Positions 30,001 through 43,930 of a stretch of 50,400 bases of DNA are shown one piece after another. Each line of letters starts with the position of its first letter. Within the stretch, counting starts at the first letter, position 1. Under the pieces are notes generated by a model that searched no databases, was not told the origin of the DNA, and saw only the letters and a program-made list of their open reading frames with translations. The position numbers and the translations under genes are program-made. Source of the DNA: Paraglomus brasilianum (taxonomy: Eukaryota); contig CAJVPI010000134.1 of the NCBI GenBank assembly GCA_910592345.1, forward strand, positions 1 to 50,400. Reading direction: 5' to 3'.

Positions 30001-30341
30001 GTTGATTGGATGGCGGAGAATGGATATGATCCGGTATATGGTGCAAGACCAATACATAGGTTGATTAAGCATAAAATCTTAAATCAATTGAGTAGAATGA
30101 TTCTTGGTAAGTAGGCATTTGATGGTTATATAAAGAAATACATGATGACGCAAGAAAACACGAAGACTAACACAACCATCATTTGTTTCTAGACGGTAGT
30201 ATTAGAAACGGAGAAGTAGCAAGGATCCTGGTTAAAGCAGATGGATCTGATATCGAAATAATGAAAAACCATGCCGGTAATACAGGAGAAGAAATGGCAA
30301 TAGATAGTATGGATAATGATGCGGATGAGGTTCTTGATTAG
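27063..30341 (+). CDS. HSP104: Hsp104/ClpB disaggregase, multi-exon
   Basis: Clp N domain, [13 protein letters not shown], Walker [17 protein letters not shown]-domain coiled coil, second Walker [30 protein letters not shown], acidic C-terminus DNDADEVLD. Confidence 0.97.
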
Positions 30342-30502
30342 GAGGAAGCGAAAATTTTAATATTGTAATTAGTTTTTATATATTCAATTCATGCACACTC
30401 AAATTTAATTGTAAATGATTCATGTCGTTTTTGGTTGCGATTTTGCTTTTGCCAATAAATATTCAACTTGTCAATAGCTTTTCATTTATTTATCGCATTC
30501 TG

Positions 30503-33071
30503 TTATACATTGAAATCGTTCATTTCCAATGTCATATCAACCTGACGACTTTTATAATCAACAAGAAGTTCGTCATCAACAACAGGTAAACATTTGCTTG
30601 TAAATTTGGGCGTATCGTAGTTAGCATCACTTGGTCCCTCGCTCGGGTACGTTTCAGTCACTTCATTGATGTCATGATCAGGTTCTGGTAAGTCATTAAC
30701 CACGAGCAAGCAGTCGAGAATGCTCCGATATAACTGTTGACCATTGGGTCGCATAAGCGGATCGTCATGCCAACATCTTTCCATTAACTCGCGCAAACAG
30801 TTTGGCACCTTTCTGCTAATAATTGGCCTTTCTCCGCTACATATCCTCAGAGCTAACGCGATATTAAATGGTACATTTGCATATACAGGCTTGCCATGAC
30901 ATACTTCCCAAAGTATCATACCGAAACTGTAAATATCGGATGCTTTCGTGTATGGTTCATTTCGTAATACTTCTGGAGCTATGTAAGACAAAACTCCATA
31001 TCTCTTTGTGAGATCTCTCGGGGCTCCTGCCGGATAACTTAATCCAAAATCTCCCAGCGACCCCATGTATCCATCAAATAATACATTTCCGGAGTGCACA
31101 TCCCTGTGAATCATACCGGCTCTATGTATAAGATCAAGGTTCTGAGATACCTTACTAAGCACATTAATCCTATGACGCCAATTCATGGTTTTGTAAATTT
31201 TCGCCAGATTTGATCTTAGAGAACCGTCTGAAAAATATTTGAGGACCATTATGTAGTCTTTGGTCTCAGGATCCCGAGACATTCCATAAATGTGAATAAA
31301 AGTCGTGGAAACGCGTCTCATAAAATTCTCTTTATGGTCAAAACAGTACATCTCCCAGAGAGCCTTTACCTGTTAATGTAAGGAACGGTGTGTCATCGAG
31401 TCAGTAATGAATTCATTAATTTAGTATATGTTGTTATACTGCATATTGTATTTACCTCATTTAAAAGTGAATCTGGCATTTCGCTCGAATTATGAATTCT
31501 TTTAAGTGCCACTAGACCGGGATATGAACGATATTTGAAATAAAACTGGTGATGATCCTGCTCCACCAACGGAAATCCAGTGATCCAAGTTGCTGAATAT
31601 ACTGTTGCAAATCCACCAGATCCAATCTCTTTGATATTCTTAAGATCTTCTATGGGTATCCATTCCATATAATGATTGCGAGCTACTGCTTTCAACTGAG
31701 TGTCTCTGATGATTTCGTCCAATGCCTGGTTACCACTAGTCCAGTTCTTAAACTCAGCTTTTGCTAGCCGCGCATTACATGGCAGGCACCAGCCGTTGTT
31801 CGTATATATAGAACTACATTCAGGACATAAACCCTTTTGAGGCAACCTAAAGTATACAGTCTGATCAGTAAAAACCATGAGGATTTTGTTGGTTTGTGGT
31901 TGCAAAGACAAGCCATAGCAATGAATTCGTTGATCTTCGAATTCGAACCAGGGCACTTCACCCCTATCCACTTGCTCGTACTAAATGACGATTGAATTTA
32001 ATTAATAAAATATCGATCAGTTACATAAACGATAATAATTAACTTACAATTATACGTATGTTCTCTATTTCCCTTACTAACACTTCCGATCTGGCAAGTC
32101 TTTTCTTTATCCATCCTTCTTCCGTCGAATGCAAATGTCTAAATCCTGTCTTCCATATTGCCGACAATGTTCTCCCGTTATGCCTCTCATCTTGTTGTTC
32201 AAATTCCAAGTCATCATATGGAATCCATTCCAAATAAGCCCAATAATTAGGAGTCTCAAATTGACTCTGTTGTATAAGCTCATCAACATCTTTATTTCCA
32301 GATGTCCATTTATCAAATTCATCCTTTAATAGCATACCGTCGCATTTATTACAGAATTCATGTCCTGTATTCATATAATTACATCTTGAACAAACTAGAT
32401 AGTCCCGGAAGGTACAATAATGCACACAATGTACTGTAAAGTAATCGTCAGTGTTAGGCATGCGGGTGATACCAAAGAAAGGATCTATTACTTCCTGTAT
32501 TAGAAAGATTACAAAAACCAGTTAAATTTGTTATTATGGTAACAACAAATTATGATTCAGATAAGTACGCAGCAATTACTTTAGTCCTTTCACTTATGTC
32601 TTGGAATTCATTAATCTTCATAAGGTAAACATAAACAGGAGCAGTTCTCCGCTTTGCAAAAGTCGACCTTCCAACTTTTTCAAAATATCGAAGACCATCC
32701 ATCCATTTCGCTGAATAGCTATACCGGTCGGTTGTCAGTTTTTCCAGTGCAAGCCATTTCGCTGAATAGGGATACTCGCCGGTTGTCATTTTTACATCTT
32801 CCAACCTATTGAACGGAATCCACTCAATGTATGTATTATGATTTTCGGTATGGCGCTGATTTTCCTGAATAAAACGATCGATCTCATCATTTCCGCTAGT
32901 CCACTTATCAAATTCCGCCACGAGAGAAGAAATATCGCACTCATCACACCATGCGCTCTTAACATTGACTTTATGACATTGCGGACATCTGCCAAATATA
33001 TACGTGTACATTTCTTCAATCCTCTCTTCTTTCAATTTATCGAGTACTTCTTGATCAATAGTAGAGTCCAT
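30503..33071 (-). CDS. Tyrosine-kinase-like (TKL) protein kinase with three tandem Cys4/N-lobe modules; introns 32579-32495, 32047-31981, 31455-31370
   Basis: Complete C-terminal kinase: IGSGGFATVY, VALK, IHRDVHSGN, DFG, YIAPE, SDIYSFG. Upstream repeats of CxxC...CxxC, FxxWTSGNxxxD, EWIP. Confidence 0.92.
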
Positions 33072-34648
33072 TTTCACAGAGAACAAGACAATTGGAAAAA
33101 CGGGGATCCAGCTAGGAGAGCGACCATAATTATATAGAAAAACGGTTGTACCACGCGATTAGTGTCTCGAAAATATTATTTTAGACTCGTATTCCCAATA
33201 TTATGTCACTCAAGGTTCAAAATATTCATGAATGCCATTTTTTGTATGACAGTTCGACTTTGGCAGAAGCCTATCATTGATGGCTGTAAGAAACCAATCA
33301 AGCCGTGACAGAGATCATCTCTTGTATGTGAAAGAAAACGCGCTAGCCGTAGCACAGCACTTGCGGGATAATTATTTATAGATTAAAAGAAATTAGTAGT
33401 ACTTACGGTATCCTGCAAATAGATCCTTTAGTGTGAAAAGTTTTGCTTCTCACTTTTAATGTGGTACTTAAAAGTTACAAAGTCACTGCACCATATTCGG
33501 AAGACTTTGATACGAGTGTTTACATCAGTAAACGTTTTCATTATATTTCGTCTTGTATAAAACCGAAAGAACCTTTCTTTTTTAGAAGAAACGTCATAAT
33601 CGCGGCGTCATTGATAAGAACCCTTTGCAATTTATGCTTTTGTTGGAGGTTGGGTAAACTGATGGGAACAAGTGCGTTAATCCTTATTGCGCCATAATAA
33701 CTTTTGCTGATCAACCAGTCTACATTTATCCCCAACAAGTATCCAAGAGAGCTTCAGTTAATGATACATTGTTTGATGTGTTTATTTTACGGTAGTCAAA
33801 ATTTTTGTTTCCCTTCAAAAAAACTTTGTTGCTTTATTAAATATCCTATTTTACACATGTGACCAATTTTTCGTGACGTATAGTAGGACAAACGATGAGT
33901 GGTGAACGTTACATTAGTGAAGCAATATGGTCATGTGATTAAAATATATTATTAGAATATGCCATAAGGAAAATCAACTCTCTCCCAAAGTAAGTGTTGA
34001 TGCTTTGATTGTTAACAGTAGATACTCTATGAACTACTTATTCAACCAGTTTGCTAGTTCGCTATGCTTTGTTGTTTAACACATCGAGGCCTTGTTTTAA
34101 ATAGCTTCTTTGGACATTGCGATAATGAGGTGTGACAATCATGTAATTGTACACGCTTTCAATCTTTTGGTCATTCACGTTCAATACTGAATATTAATAT
34201 GGAAATACAAACACTAAATTATGAGTTACACAGATACCATGGAAAACAGCCTGTGGCTTTTCTATCGAGTCACGCGAAACCAATAAAATGCTGGATGCAC
34301 GATGGAGGTTTAGAACTTATGAATAATGCTTTTAACGCGATTACGTAGCTTGAGTATATGTGCGTGATTATTAAAATGCTGTAGTCAATATCTACATTCC
34401 CTGTACATTCATCTCAACCAGTCGTATGATATATTTCACAATCTGATGGAATATTTATAATTTATACACAAGAGTATAAAAGTAATTCGCTATGAGGAAA
34501 GCATTTACAGACGAAGAAAGTTATTACCCGTACCTTCGTCATCAACTAACCAATTAAGAGGCTAATAAATATATTTCGTGGACTGGACCTTAGAAAAAAC
34601 TTCCTCATAAACCCTTACTCTTCTATAACACACACCATTGTTTCTCTC

Positions 34649-37571
34649 TTAATTCAATTCACTATAATCATAATAGTAATAATCATCTTCACTACATTGT
34701 TTCGGAATTTGATAACTCTCCTTTCTTTCACCACCACCCCATGGCGTTCCGCCTACGATCTTCGCCTTGGTACCTAAACCTCTTTTCGCAAAAGCTTTCC
34801 AAATCTCACAGCTGTTCTCACCACCGGTTAACACTTTATCCGCTTGTAATATCGCATCACGCGCATTAATAAATGTTGGGCGGCAGGGTTGTAGCTTCAT
34901 TCCATCGAGGACGAGTTGAAGTATCAGTGTATTTCCGTGCTTGGGGTATTTGTGTGTTGTCGAGGAAGGCGAGAATGTGTACCACGAGAGAAGATCATCA
35001 GAATCTGTGGATGTTGGGGGGAACCATTGCGTGGTAAAACCATGCTTGTCAACTAGGTTCCAGAATACTTCATATAGCATGTTTGCCCAAACAGCGCTGT
35101 TGATGTAAACGGAAAAATAATAGAGGTGAGTTTATAAAATTTTGATGTCAACTAAAGATTCACTATGCACTACCTATAGCTGTTGCTTACCCTTTCGCAT
35201 GAACGCCCCAGTATCCAGGTTTGCCCAACCAAATAAACGTCTCGGGATTTGTCTTTATCGATGTCGAATACTGTCCAAATTGAAGGGAGTTTAAAAATTA
35301 AAATTAGGATATGACCTTGATCTTTATACAGCTTGCACACTTTTCCCCAGATACTTTTCGTTCTCCATTTTCATTTTATAGATTACTTTTAACGGAAACT
35401 CGTTTTCTCTCAAATCCCACAAAACAATCACTCACCTTATATCTCCTAATCCCTTCTCCACCATTGGCCCAATCGCCCATGCCAAACTCAACAGTACGAT
35501 CCATAGATGGCTTGACACGTAATATCGTGGCGAAGAAATCACCCCAGCCTTCTCCCATACCACCAGATTCACCCCATCCGAGACATCCACTGTTAGCCGG
35601 GCCTCCAGTTAGACGAGTTGAAATTCCGTGACTGTATTCATGGATCTAATTGAGATTTGGAAAGGAACGGGTTAAATCTGGTTATTTTCGGTATGATCCC
35701 GTTATCTTATGCACACAATACTGGTACTACAATACAAAACTCCTTCCCCTGTTTGATAAACTTACAACAATTCCAGACTCGAGATCACCATCTCTCCATG
35801 GTTTAACAACATCCCACACGTACATACGCATTTTACCGTGTTGACCATCGGGTGGAGTTGCGAAGTTTGCATTGTTATAACTGTTCAAATGGACAAAAAG
35901 ACAAAGAGCTGTAAATACGTATGTTGCAAAGAGGGGGGGTAAGGGAGACAGTATCACAGATATGCGAAGACATGTCGAATATGCATAGGTGCAACACGTG
36001 CATAAGATTGAAGTAGATTATGATGCAACAGATGATGTAATATGTACATCAACGTGACACAGCTATAAACATAATTCCATATCACGTGAACTTACCCTGA
36101 TCCATCCTGCGCATTAGCGATGACGGCATCTTTTTCTTTTCCTCCTTTTCCATGGTTAGTCTGTTGGAAATTACCTGCCACTTCATTAAAGCCATAGCGA
36201 TAGAAGAGGTCGTGAATCTAATATGGATTAAAATGATAAAAAGTGATGACATTTTAAAATAAAGGAAACGCAAGCAAAGACGCAAGCAAACAAACAAAGC
36301 ACACAGGTAAACAAATAGGGTGTTGATTAATCAGCAACTATTATTCATCAGCCACAGCATTTTCTTACCATGTTATTCCAATAGAATAGGTTAGTAACAC
36401 TCGAGTCAATGTAATCCTTGGGCCTGTCTGTCAGATTCAGAGGGAAATCAAACACCAGATCAGGACCACCTTCTGGTCGATAATTGTCTTTCCACTCCCA
36501 GTTTCCGGCCAAATTCTCATGAGCATAAACATTATTTCCAATGGTAGAGGTATAATTGACTTTGCCCTGTGTATGCCAACCACCAGGAGATGATATGATA
36601 TCATGTGGATCGATGACAGTTTTACGATCTCCTTCGGATGGATCATTTAGTCCTAATGGATAGATAGTATACATTGCATCAGATACCCAGTCCATGATGG
36701 CATGGATTCTTCCACTGTACATATTTATCTGAGCATGATACCAGTTTTCTTCCATTTCCCACGTGAGGTCCCATACGGGTTCAAGGGTGTATGCAGACAC
36801 GGCAATGTAAGCTTCTTTTATTATTACATCCGAGAGGGCAAATGGGACGTTGGAGAGTTGGTATACAGGTGAGGAATCGAAAGAACTTTTAGTTGTTATT
36901 GTCGAGGGTCTGACAATTTCGAGATTAATGTGTTGTGCGAAACGTTGCAATGCTTCGACAGGCGTTAACCTCGGCATATGACCATAATCACGAATATGGC
37001 GACCAACGTTGTAGGGCCTCTGGTTATGGCAAGGTCCGCGGTTGTATCTGGCCGTGTTAGAGGAACGTCTTCTTTTCGATCCAATGACAAATTGGTTTGT
37101 GTTTTCCTCGTCTTTAATACGGTTATCAGTTGTAATGTTCATATGACAGGAATGTGTACAAATCGTATTCTTTTGATAAGAGGGAATTCCATAACCCGAA
37201 GTTCCGTAACTTATAATTCTTCCTTGATCATCAACATTTACATTAATATCTCCATTAACAATCTCCAATCCATTAGCAATCTGCCTCATGTAAACGTGCG
37301 TAACCCCATTATGCTCCGATTTATACGCATTCTTAGTCACTAGGTCGGCTGCACTCAAATGTTTTCGGGCATACTCTTCTGCTATACTGGTTGGGTTTGT
37401 TGTGCGAGAGGAGGAATAGACATACTCGTGAACTGGGAGGGAGTCATATCTTTGTTGAGGGAGGTCTGCACCATAGTTGGGAAGGCGAATGCGGTGTGAA
37501 TGAGAAAGGAGGACGTTGGGAGAGAGGGAAATACAGAGAAGCAGGAACGCAGAGAGCGAGGGTCGTTTCAT
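34649..37571 (-). CDS. Fungalysin (peptidase M36) extracellular metalloprotease, 6 exons
   Basis: Signal peptide, FTP propeptide (GVTHVYMRQ...DINVNV), [35 protein letters not shown], zinc motif HEYSHG, third ligand [31 protein letters not shown]. Confidence 0.96.
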
Positions 37572-38962
37572 GTGTGTTTGTCTATTAATTAGTATGTTCT
37601 AATAATTTATAGAAGGTCTCTTTAAATTTCTTGATAGATCTATTGCTGACCGATTATTAGCGACTCTTTGAACACGCTCTCCCTTGCAGAGCTAGTGGAG
37701 AAAAGAGTGTCTATATATATAACCGATTCTGTAAAATACACAATCAATAAAAATAACATTAGTATTCAACATTAATTGTTGTATTCATTGTATCACATTA
37801 TTGTTATGCATTATCGATAAAGTAGTTTGTTCTCATGACTGATCCTGTCATATGACTAGGAGTTCAAACGTTAATTCGATAGCCAACTCACTTTTTAACT
37901 TTATTCAGTTAACCCATTCTTTTTTGCGTCATATGCTGGGCGATTGTCGCGATATTTCATGATAAAACCATTATGCTTACTATTAATAAGCGAGAGAAGA
38001 ATGCCAGCAGTTTGTGTATTAATAGCAATCAGTTTATCGCATAAACCACATAACAATTTATCCATCCATCATATCCCCCCAGGCCATTGCCAATTATATC
38101 CGTGCACAGCCATCCACGAAATAGGACGGGAAGAGGGGCGAGTTAAATCACTTATTATTATCGTTAGCTATAGTCCCTTATTGTTTATCCTTGCCCAATA
38201 GTCGCTAGCTATTCTTTGTCTATTGCAATACAAAGCCGCCCCAAATCCCTCCGATGTATACAAATTTCGATATCAGAACGAACAGTTGCGTAGGTGAGAG
38301 ACAATATAGCAGACAGATATATGTTAGATGCACTAGTTGGATGTGTTCACTCGACCAGCCAATCTGTCTGTTTCCCCTGTGACCACGCGACCCCCCTTTT
38401 TTCTTGATTCGGATTAGCAGCAAAATTAAAACCACGCGATCGATCACATAATAAATGCACCCCTTGCTGTACGAGTGTTTCCATATTTGTCCAGATCAGA
38501 AATATGACCACAAACACGTTTAATCTAAAAATCTTGGAAAATATCCTTCCAGAAGCGTGTGTTAGAACAACATTCTCTCTTGCTTACGTGAAGCATTAAA
38601 CCAATGGTCGAAGAGTCGACGATCAGGGGCTTCGCATAACGATCAGCCAACATATGATTTTATCGTAATAGCAAGAGTAAGCATTTTGCATTGACATTTA
38701 GGTTATGTGTTCCGAGGTTCCAACTGTTACTGTGTGAGAAAATATTCCATTGCATTGTCTTTAACCGAGAATGTATTCGGTATGGGCGCAGCGTTCTTTA
38801 ACACAAATTTTATAATGCTGTAATATACATTGTACTTTAACTCATTAACTTAATTAATTATAATATTAAGAGTGCATATTACTTCGCGTATCGATAAATA
38901 AACTTTATTCAATCTATAACTAAAACGTCCAAACCCGTACGTCCTCAATAGCAACAACACAA

Positions 38963-41807
38963 CTACAACTTAGCCTCAGCCTTCCCTTCCTTAGCCAAAG
39001 CATATTCAAACACCTCCCTCATTTCTTTTGCCGATTCTCTCAGATAGTGCCACATGTGATCGTTCTTTAAATGTTTACTCACGATGTTGAAATTCATCCA
39101 ATTGTTATTGATCATGTATGCAATTCCGTAACCATCAGGCACCACTTCTCCCCACCCATAGCCAATAAAGTGTTCGGAAGAAAGTTGCGAGGTAGAAAGG
39201 TTCCAGTGAGTGGACTTGGCATAGGTGGGATCCGTGAAGATTGATGGTTTGGGTTCGTCGGGTTTCAGTAACATTCGAAGACCTATAAAATGATCAATGA
39301 ATAAAACCGGAAATCGAAACGGAAAAGACGAATGACAGATCGAAAAGTATTGGTTCCGCGACACATGAACCACATCCCGCACTTGGAAATTGTATCAAAC
39401 ATGATCATCGTGAAGTTGATAGATTTAAAATGCGGGATCGTACTTCATACGCTTGATTTGTTTGTTTTTTTTTTTTTGGGTCGCGTGATTAACTAGTTAC
39501 GGAGCCTGTTTGTTCCCTTACCGAATAATAGCCGATCACATCCAAATCCTTCAACAGCTTCGGACATGTACTTCACGTGTGCCGCAATTGCCTTACGACC
39601 CAAGGCCGCCTTTTCTTCGATCTATATTGGCAAAAATTTGGTGAATAAGTTTTACAATAATTGATTCATTGGAGCCCTCAAAGTATCTGTCAGACTTCAT
39701 TTCGTTTTACCAACCAACTCACCGGCACATCTGGATTCTCCATAGCCTTAACCCACCTAGCCGAATCTACCGATGTAGTTCGGCACACTTCTGTCCTTCC
39801 ATGCTGAAACTTCCTCGTCTGAGCACTTTCATATGTCGCCCTAACTGTCCCATACATCTTATAATACGCAAGTTGTATCACCATCTGGGCATATGCGTCC
39901 GGAGATAACTTCAACTTCTTAATCGTGTTCTTCCCATATTCTTCATACGCGCAAACGCGAAGGTCGTGCTCGGAGACTAGTCTATCGAAATTACATTCGG
40001 CAGAACGGATGGCTGTAACTAAAGCGGGCGTGAACGTAAAGTGAAGTTGGCTTGGGGTGGGAAGGTTTGGACGAACTGTCGGAGAGCCGTGAGAGATTTT
40101 GTCATTATAGAGGACTGAGCAGACGTAATCGTTTAGCCGGCAGGTTGGGGTGCCGTCCATCGAGGAGTGCTATTTATAAAAATCGAATACAGTTTAGCTA
40201 TGCAGGCTTAACAACCTAACTTAAACTTTAAAGTTTCTTCCTTCAACCCAGCCCATTTCTTTTGCTTCTGTTTCCTTTCATTACCTCTCCATTGAAACCA
40301 GCCTTTCCATTATCGAAAATGATGAACTGTAAACTTTTATCAAAGAACCTGTTTCTTCCATCTCCTGCCCAGCACGCGTAACTTAGTTCATCTCTCGTGA
40401 CCGGTGTCGAATCGTCTAGACATATGGCAAAGGCTGAACTTTCGATTTTTTCCAGGTTTGCTGCGTGCTTGGGATCAATAGAAAGCAGCAACGATCGATA
40501 ATCCGTCCAGTTATCACGGTTCTCGGTCGTCAATGCACCAATTGGGGGATCTTTGGAGTAGCCGGCTTGGGTATAGACTTTTTGGATCTGGCTGGTTGGA
40601 TAAATCATGAAAATGCGATACAGATGCTCTATTATAAATTACTGTATTTCCGTATTTGCGTGTATGATGCTAAATAGTTTGCAATTGTTTCATCTTTTTT
40701 TCGCGTGTTTTCATTTCATTCTAGTCTCTCCCTTTTCTCATCGGTACCTATACAAAAAAAAAACTTATCTATCTTATGCCTTCTCACCTCTCAATTTCAG
40801 CAGTAGACAACTGCTGTCCATCCACAACTAGATCAACGATAAAAAATTTGTTATTTCTGATCACAACAACGTGGTTGTTCTTATCCGGATCAAAAGTCTT
40901 CCCGTAATCGGAAGGTTTCGCGGGGTATCGGCATGCGTTAAACATCCATTTGTAGCTGTCCATGCAAATAGGAAGGTTTTTGGCGTATTCTGGTTCTAGC
41001 TGTTGGCTAGATTTTGGGTGAGGGGGTAGAGAAAAGTACGTGGGTCATTGGTATAACACATTTAGTATTAAAAGCCGTACGAGTCATGTTTCGCTCACTT
41101 TAGCCATGCTACTATTGCCCAATGCTCGTTTCCGAAACACGCATTGATACATCAATTCTATAAATACTCACGTGTTAACCAGCTTTCTAAACTCCAATGC
41201 AGCCGTAGCAATAGCAGCCGCCCTCTTGGCAGGATCCTTTCGCTTTGGATCATCTTTATAAGAATAAAAATAACTCACATAGACAACTACGGGATCCCGG
41301 TAACCAAAGTATGCCACATCATTCCACCAATCTTCCAACCAATTCACTACTCCAGGAGTGTTGGCCTTGTCTAGTAATCTCTTGTAAAGCGCCTCGCCCA
41401 TACCACCCGGTTTGCGAAATTCGTCAACTACTGCTTCGGTTTTTGCATATTCTTCTGACGTACATAATGGTTTAACGGATTGCAAATATTTGTCGAGAGT
41501 CGCCGAAAGTGGAGGGACGGGAAGACTGGGAAGAGATTTCTGATAACGTAACATGGGACCCACGGACGTGTCGACTGGGTAAGGTGTGCGATTAGCAGCA
41601 GAGGCTGAAAAGGACGCCATTTTTGAAACGTACTTGGTAGAACAATGAAGAGACGAATGAGAAAACGGTGATGGCTGACGACAAAAAGTGATCAATTTTG
41701 TAATTGATAAATGCTTAGATGATACACACTTGATGTTTCCGTTGTAATAAGCCGACGTTAATATTACTACTACCTAAGGAGCGAAGGGATCTAATTCTAA
41801 AAACCAT
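38963..41807 (-). CDS. CAT2: Carnitine O-acetyltransferase (CAT2-like) ending in PTS1 -AKL; core start at 41620, inferred upstream exon 41807-41730
   Basis: LPSLPVPPL, NWLEDWW, NRFFDK, catalytic EHSSMDG, SPDAYAQMVIQLAY, YESAQTRKF..GRTE, LSTSQL, DGYGIAY, C-terminal AKL. The upstream exon is an inference. Confidence 0.92.
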
Positions 41808-42162
41808 AACACTCTTTTCACGATTCAAAAGAGCGAGCAATCTTGATGCTAAAAGATGATCTATTTTTCAAGTTTTGTTGCAGGAGCGTGACTACTGTAT
41901 TACCTCTGCCGCCAGTCAAAATCTCAATGCTACATATTAAGTACTGTAGTTGAGTACAATAAACGAGAGTTGATGTGCTTAAAAATAGAACTCAAAATTT
42001 CTTAAATACAGTATTAAGTATGTACAACAACGAAAAAAAAAAAGAAAAAGCCTTTCCTTCTTCCCACAGTTAACAGGCCTTAAAAAAACAGTCTTCACAT
42101 ATTGACGGACCTGAACAAGAATTTATCGCAACAACCAAATTTATTTTATTAAAAAACTAAAC

Positions 42163-43208
42163 ATGTCAAACTATTTCATTAGCAAGGTCCATAGTGACAA
42201 AGCGCGGTTAAACGGTGGCACTGAAATGCTAGAAAATTTTACCGCAGAAGTAGAGGCTGCCATTGGATGGGCAGAGAATAGGTTGCCGAACTTAAGACTC
42301 TCAATAAGGACCTTAACAGGATGAATTCTGTAAGTTTTTTATTTTTATAAACTTGTATTGAAATGATGAACTGGGAAATGGTGATATGATTTTATTGTCG
42401 GTTTGGATCCATGCCGCGCTCCTTGTTATCATGATGGTACCCTCGGGTTAAGTGAGAGAGTAACTTTTCTTTTGCGAACCATGACATATCTTAAACACCA
42501 TATCCTATTAATTAATTTATATACTTTAGCCTAGATTAAGATTTGCGGAGATTATAAACCGGACTGAGGACCCGTATATTACAGTGAGTATCAATAAATT
42601 AAACTGTTATCATTAAGAATTGATCATTTATTAAGTAGTAAGATTTTAAACTGATTGTCCTCTTTATTTTACAAAGAATAATATTGTAATAATAAATAAA
42701 CAATTTTATAGGAAATGTATATTCTGATTGCGGAGGATGAGGCCGAACGTGCTGGCCCTCAACCTTTAATTATATACTGAATATGGAAAGCTTGGGCAGC
42801 TACAACGTCAATCCCCTACGATCCATTGCATGTGAGGTTTTCGATATGAGTGGATCGGACAATTTTTGGTTTAAGATGCTTGCCGAGAATCAAGGCGCGG
42901 AGTGTCTTAATCCACCCGACGGATATGCGTCTTTAAATACTCACGGCGCTATACGTATAATGTATCAGGAACTGATGAATAACTGCCGCAATTCATCCAA
43001 TTATGATGCGGTTAATATAATCAGACCTGTCACTATTCCAACGGGTGTGGGTGACGAATCCGTTGAGGTCAGGCTGCAGGATTATGCGGCACATGCCATA
43101 CTAGAAGCTTTGTAAGTCAAAGTCTTGAAGTCTTTGTTATTATTATAGATAATACCTATTGATTTTTATAGGCGCAATATTTGGGAGTATCCATGGATTA
43201 TGCAGTGA
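42163..43208 (+). pseudogene. Multi-exon gene of unknown family, apparently disrupted
   Basis: Coding-like blocks separated by GTAAGT/GTGAGT...AG introns, and a 110-aa ORF at 42783-43115. In-frame TGA at 42322 just before the first donor, and a frame break near 42778. Confidence 0.35.
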
Positions 43209-43930
43209 GTATTGACGATTTCCCCACTCCTAGTACCCTCTAGTGTTATGCATTATAATATACAAATTATCATCATTATTATCCCTAACGCGTGTATAAA
43301 ATATTAAGAGTTTGCATGTAACATTTTTCGAAAACGCGAAATCGATCTTCGTCGTCAATCACTCAATGCTCGTGGAATTCATATATTTGTTAATTATAAC
43401 TGTTGTCGATGTGTGTGCAAAAAATTGACACAGAATATTAAAGTATGATTATTATGTGAAATTCATCGTACAACTATACGTCGCAAAGCCGCTAGAACGT
43501 CATGTATCGTTTTGTGATTATTATCTACACATATACCATAACAAGATCAGTAGGAGTGCAAGTAAATTGTTGATAATCCAGTCCAGAGTCTTTGAAACAA
43601 ACATGTGGTGACAATGACTAGCAGGTAATAAGAAATGCCCTATTTATTATAATCGATTCTGTGAATAAATTGTATGTCGCTCATTAGTAAAGACGATACT
43701 AATGACTTATAGCAGCGGTCATCATCCTTCTGCTCCTATGTCTTGGTTAATTTTGGGTCTAATGCTAGCTGACAGCCTCATTAAGAAAATGCATTTATGC
43801 AGGGAACGATTGTTACGAAATTCGCACGCGCCACCATTCAGTAGTTTTCCTTCATTTCAATTGGCTGTTGGCAGATCGATTAAAGTGTTTCGAAAAAAAG
43901 TTATCTTTACACATTTAAGTTAATAATAAT

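Noticed and set aside
41693..41695. TTG as a non-AUG start for the CAT2 presequence
   Set aside because: An upstream ATG exon with a plausible intron explains the extension more simply; the TTG falls inside that intron.
42322..42324. In-frame TGA as possible selenocysteine
   Set aside because: No redox-motif context or recognisable SECIS, and additional frame disruption downstream.
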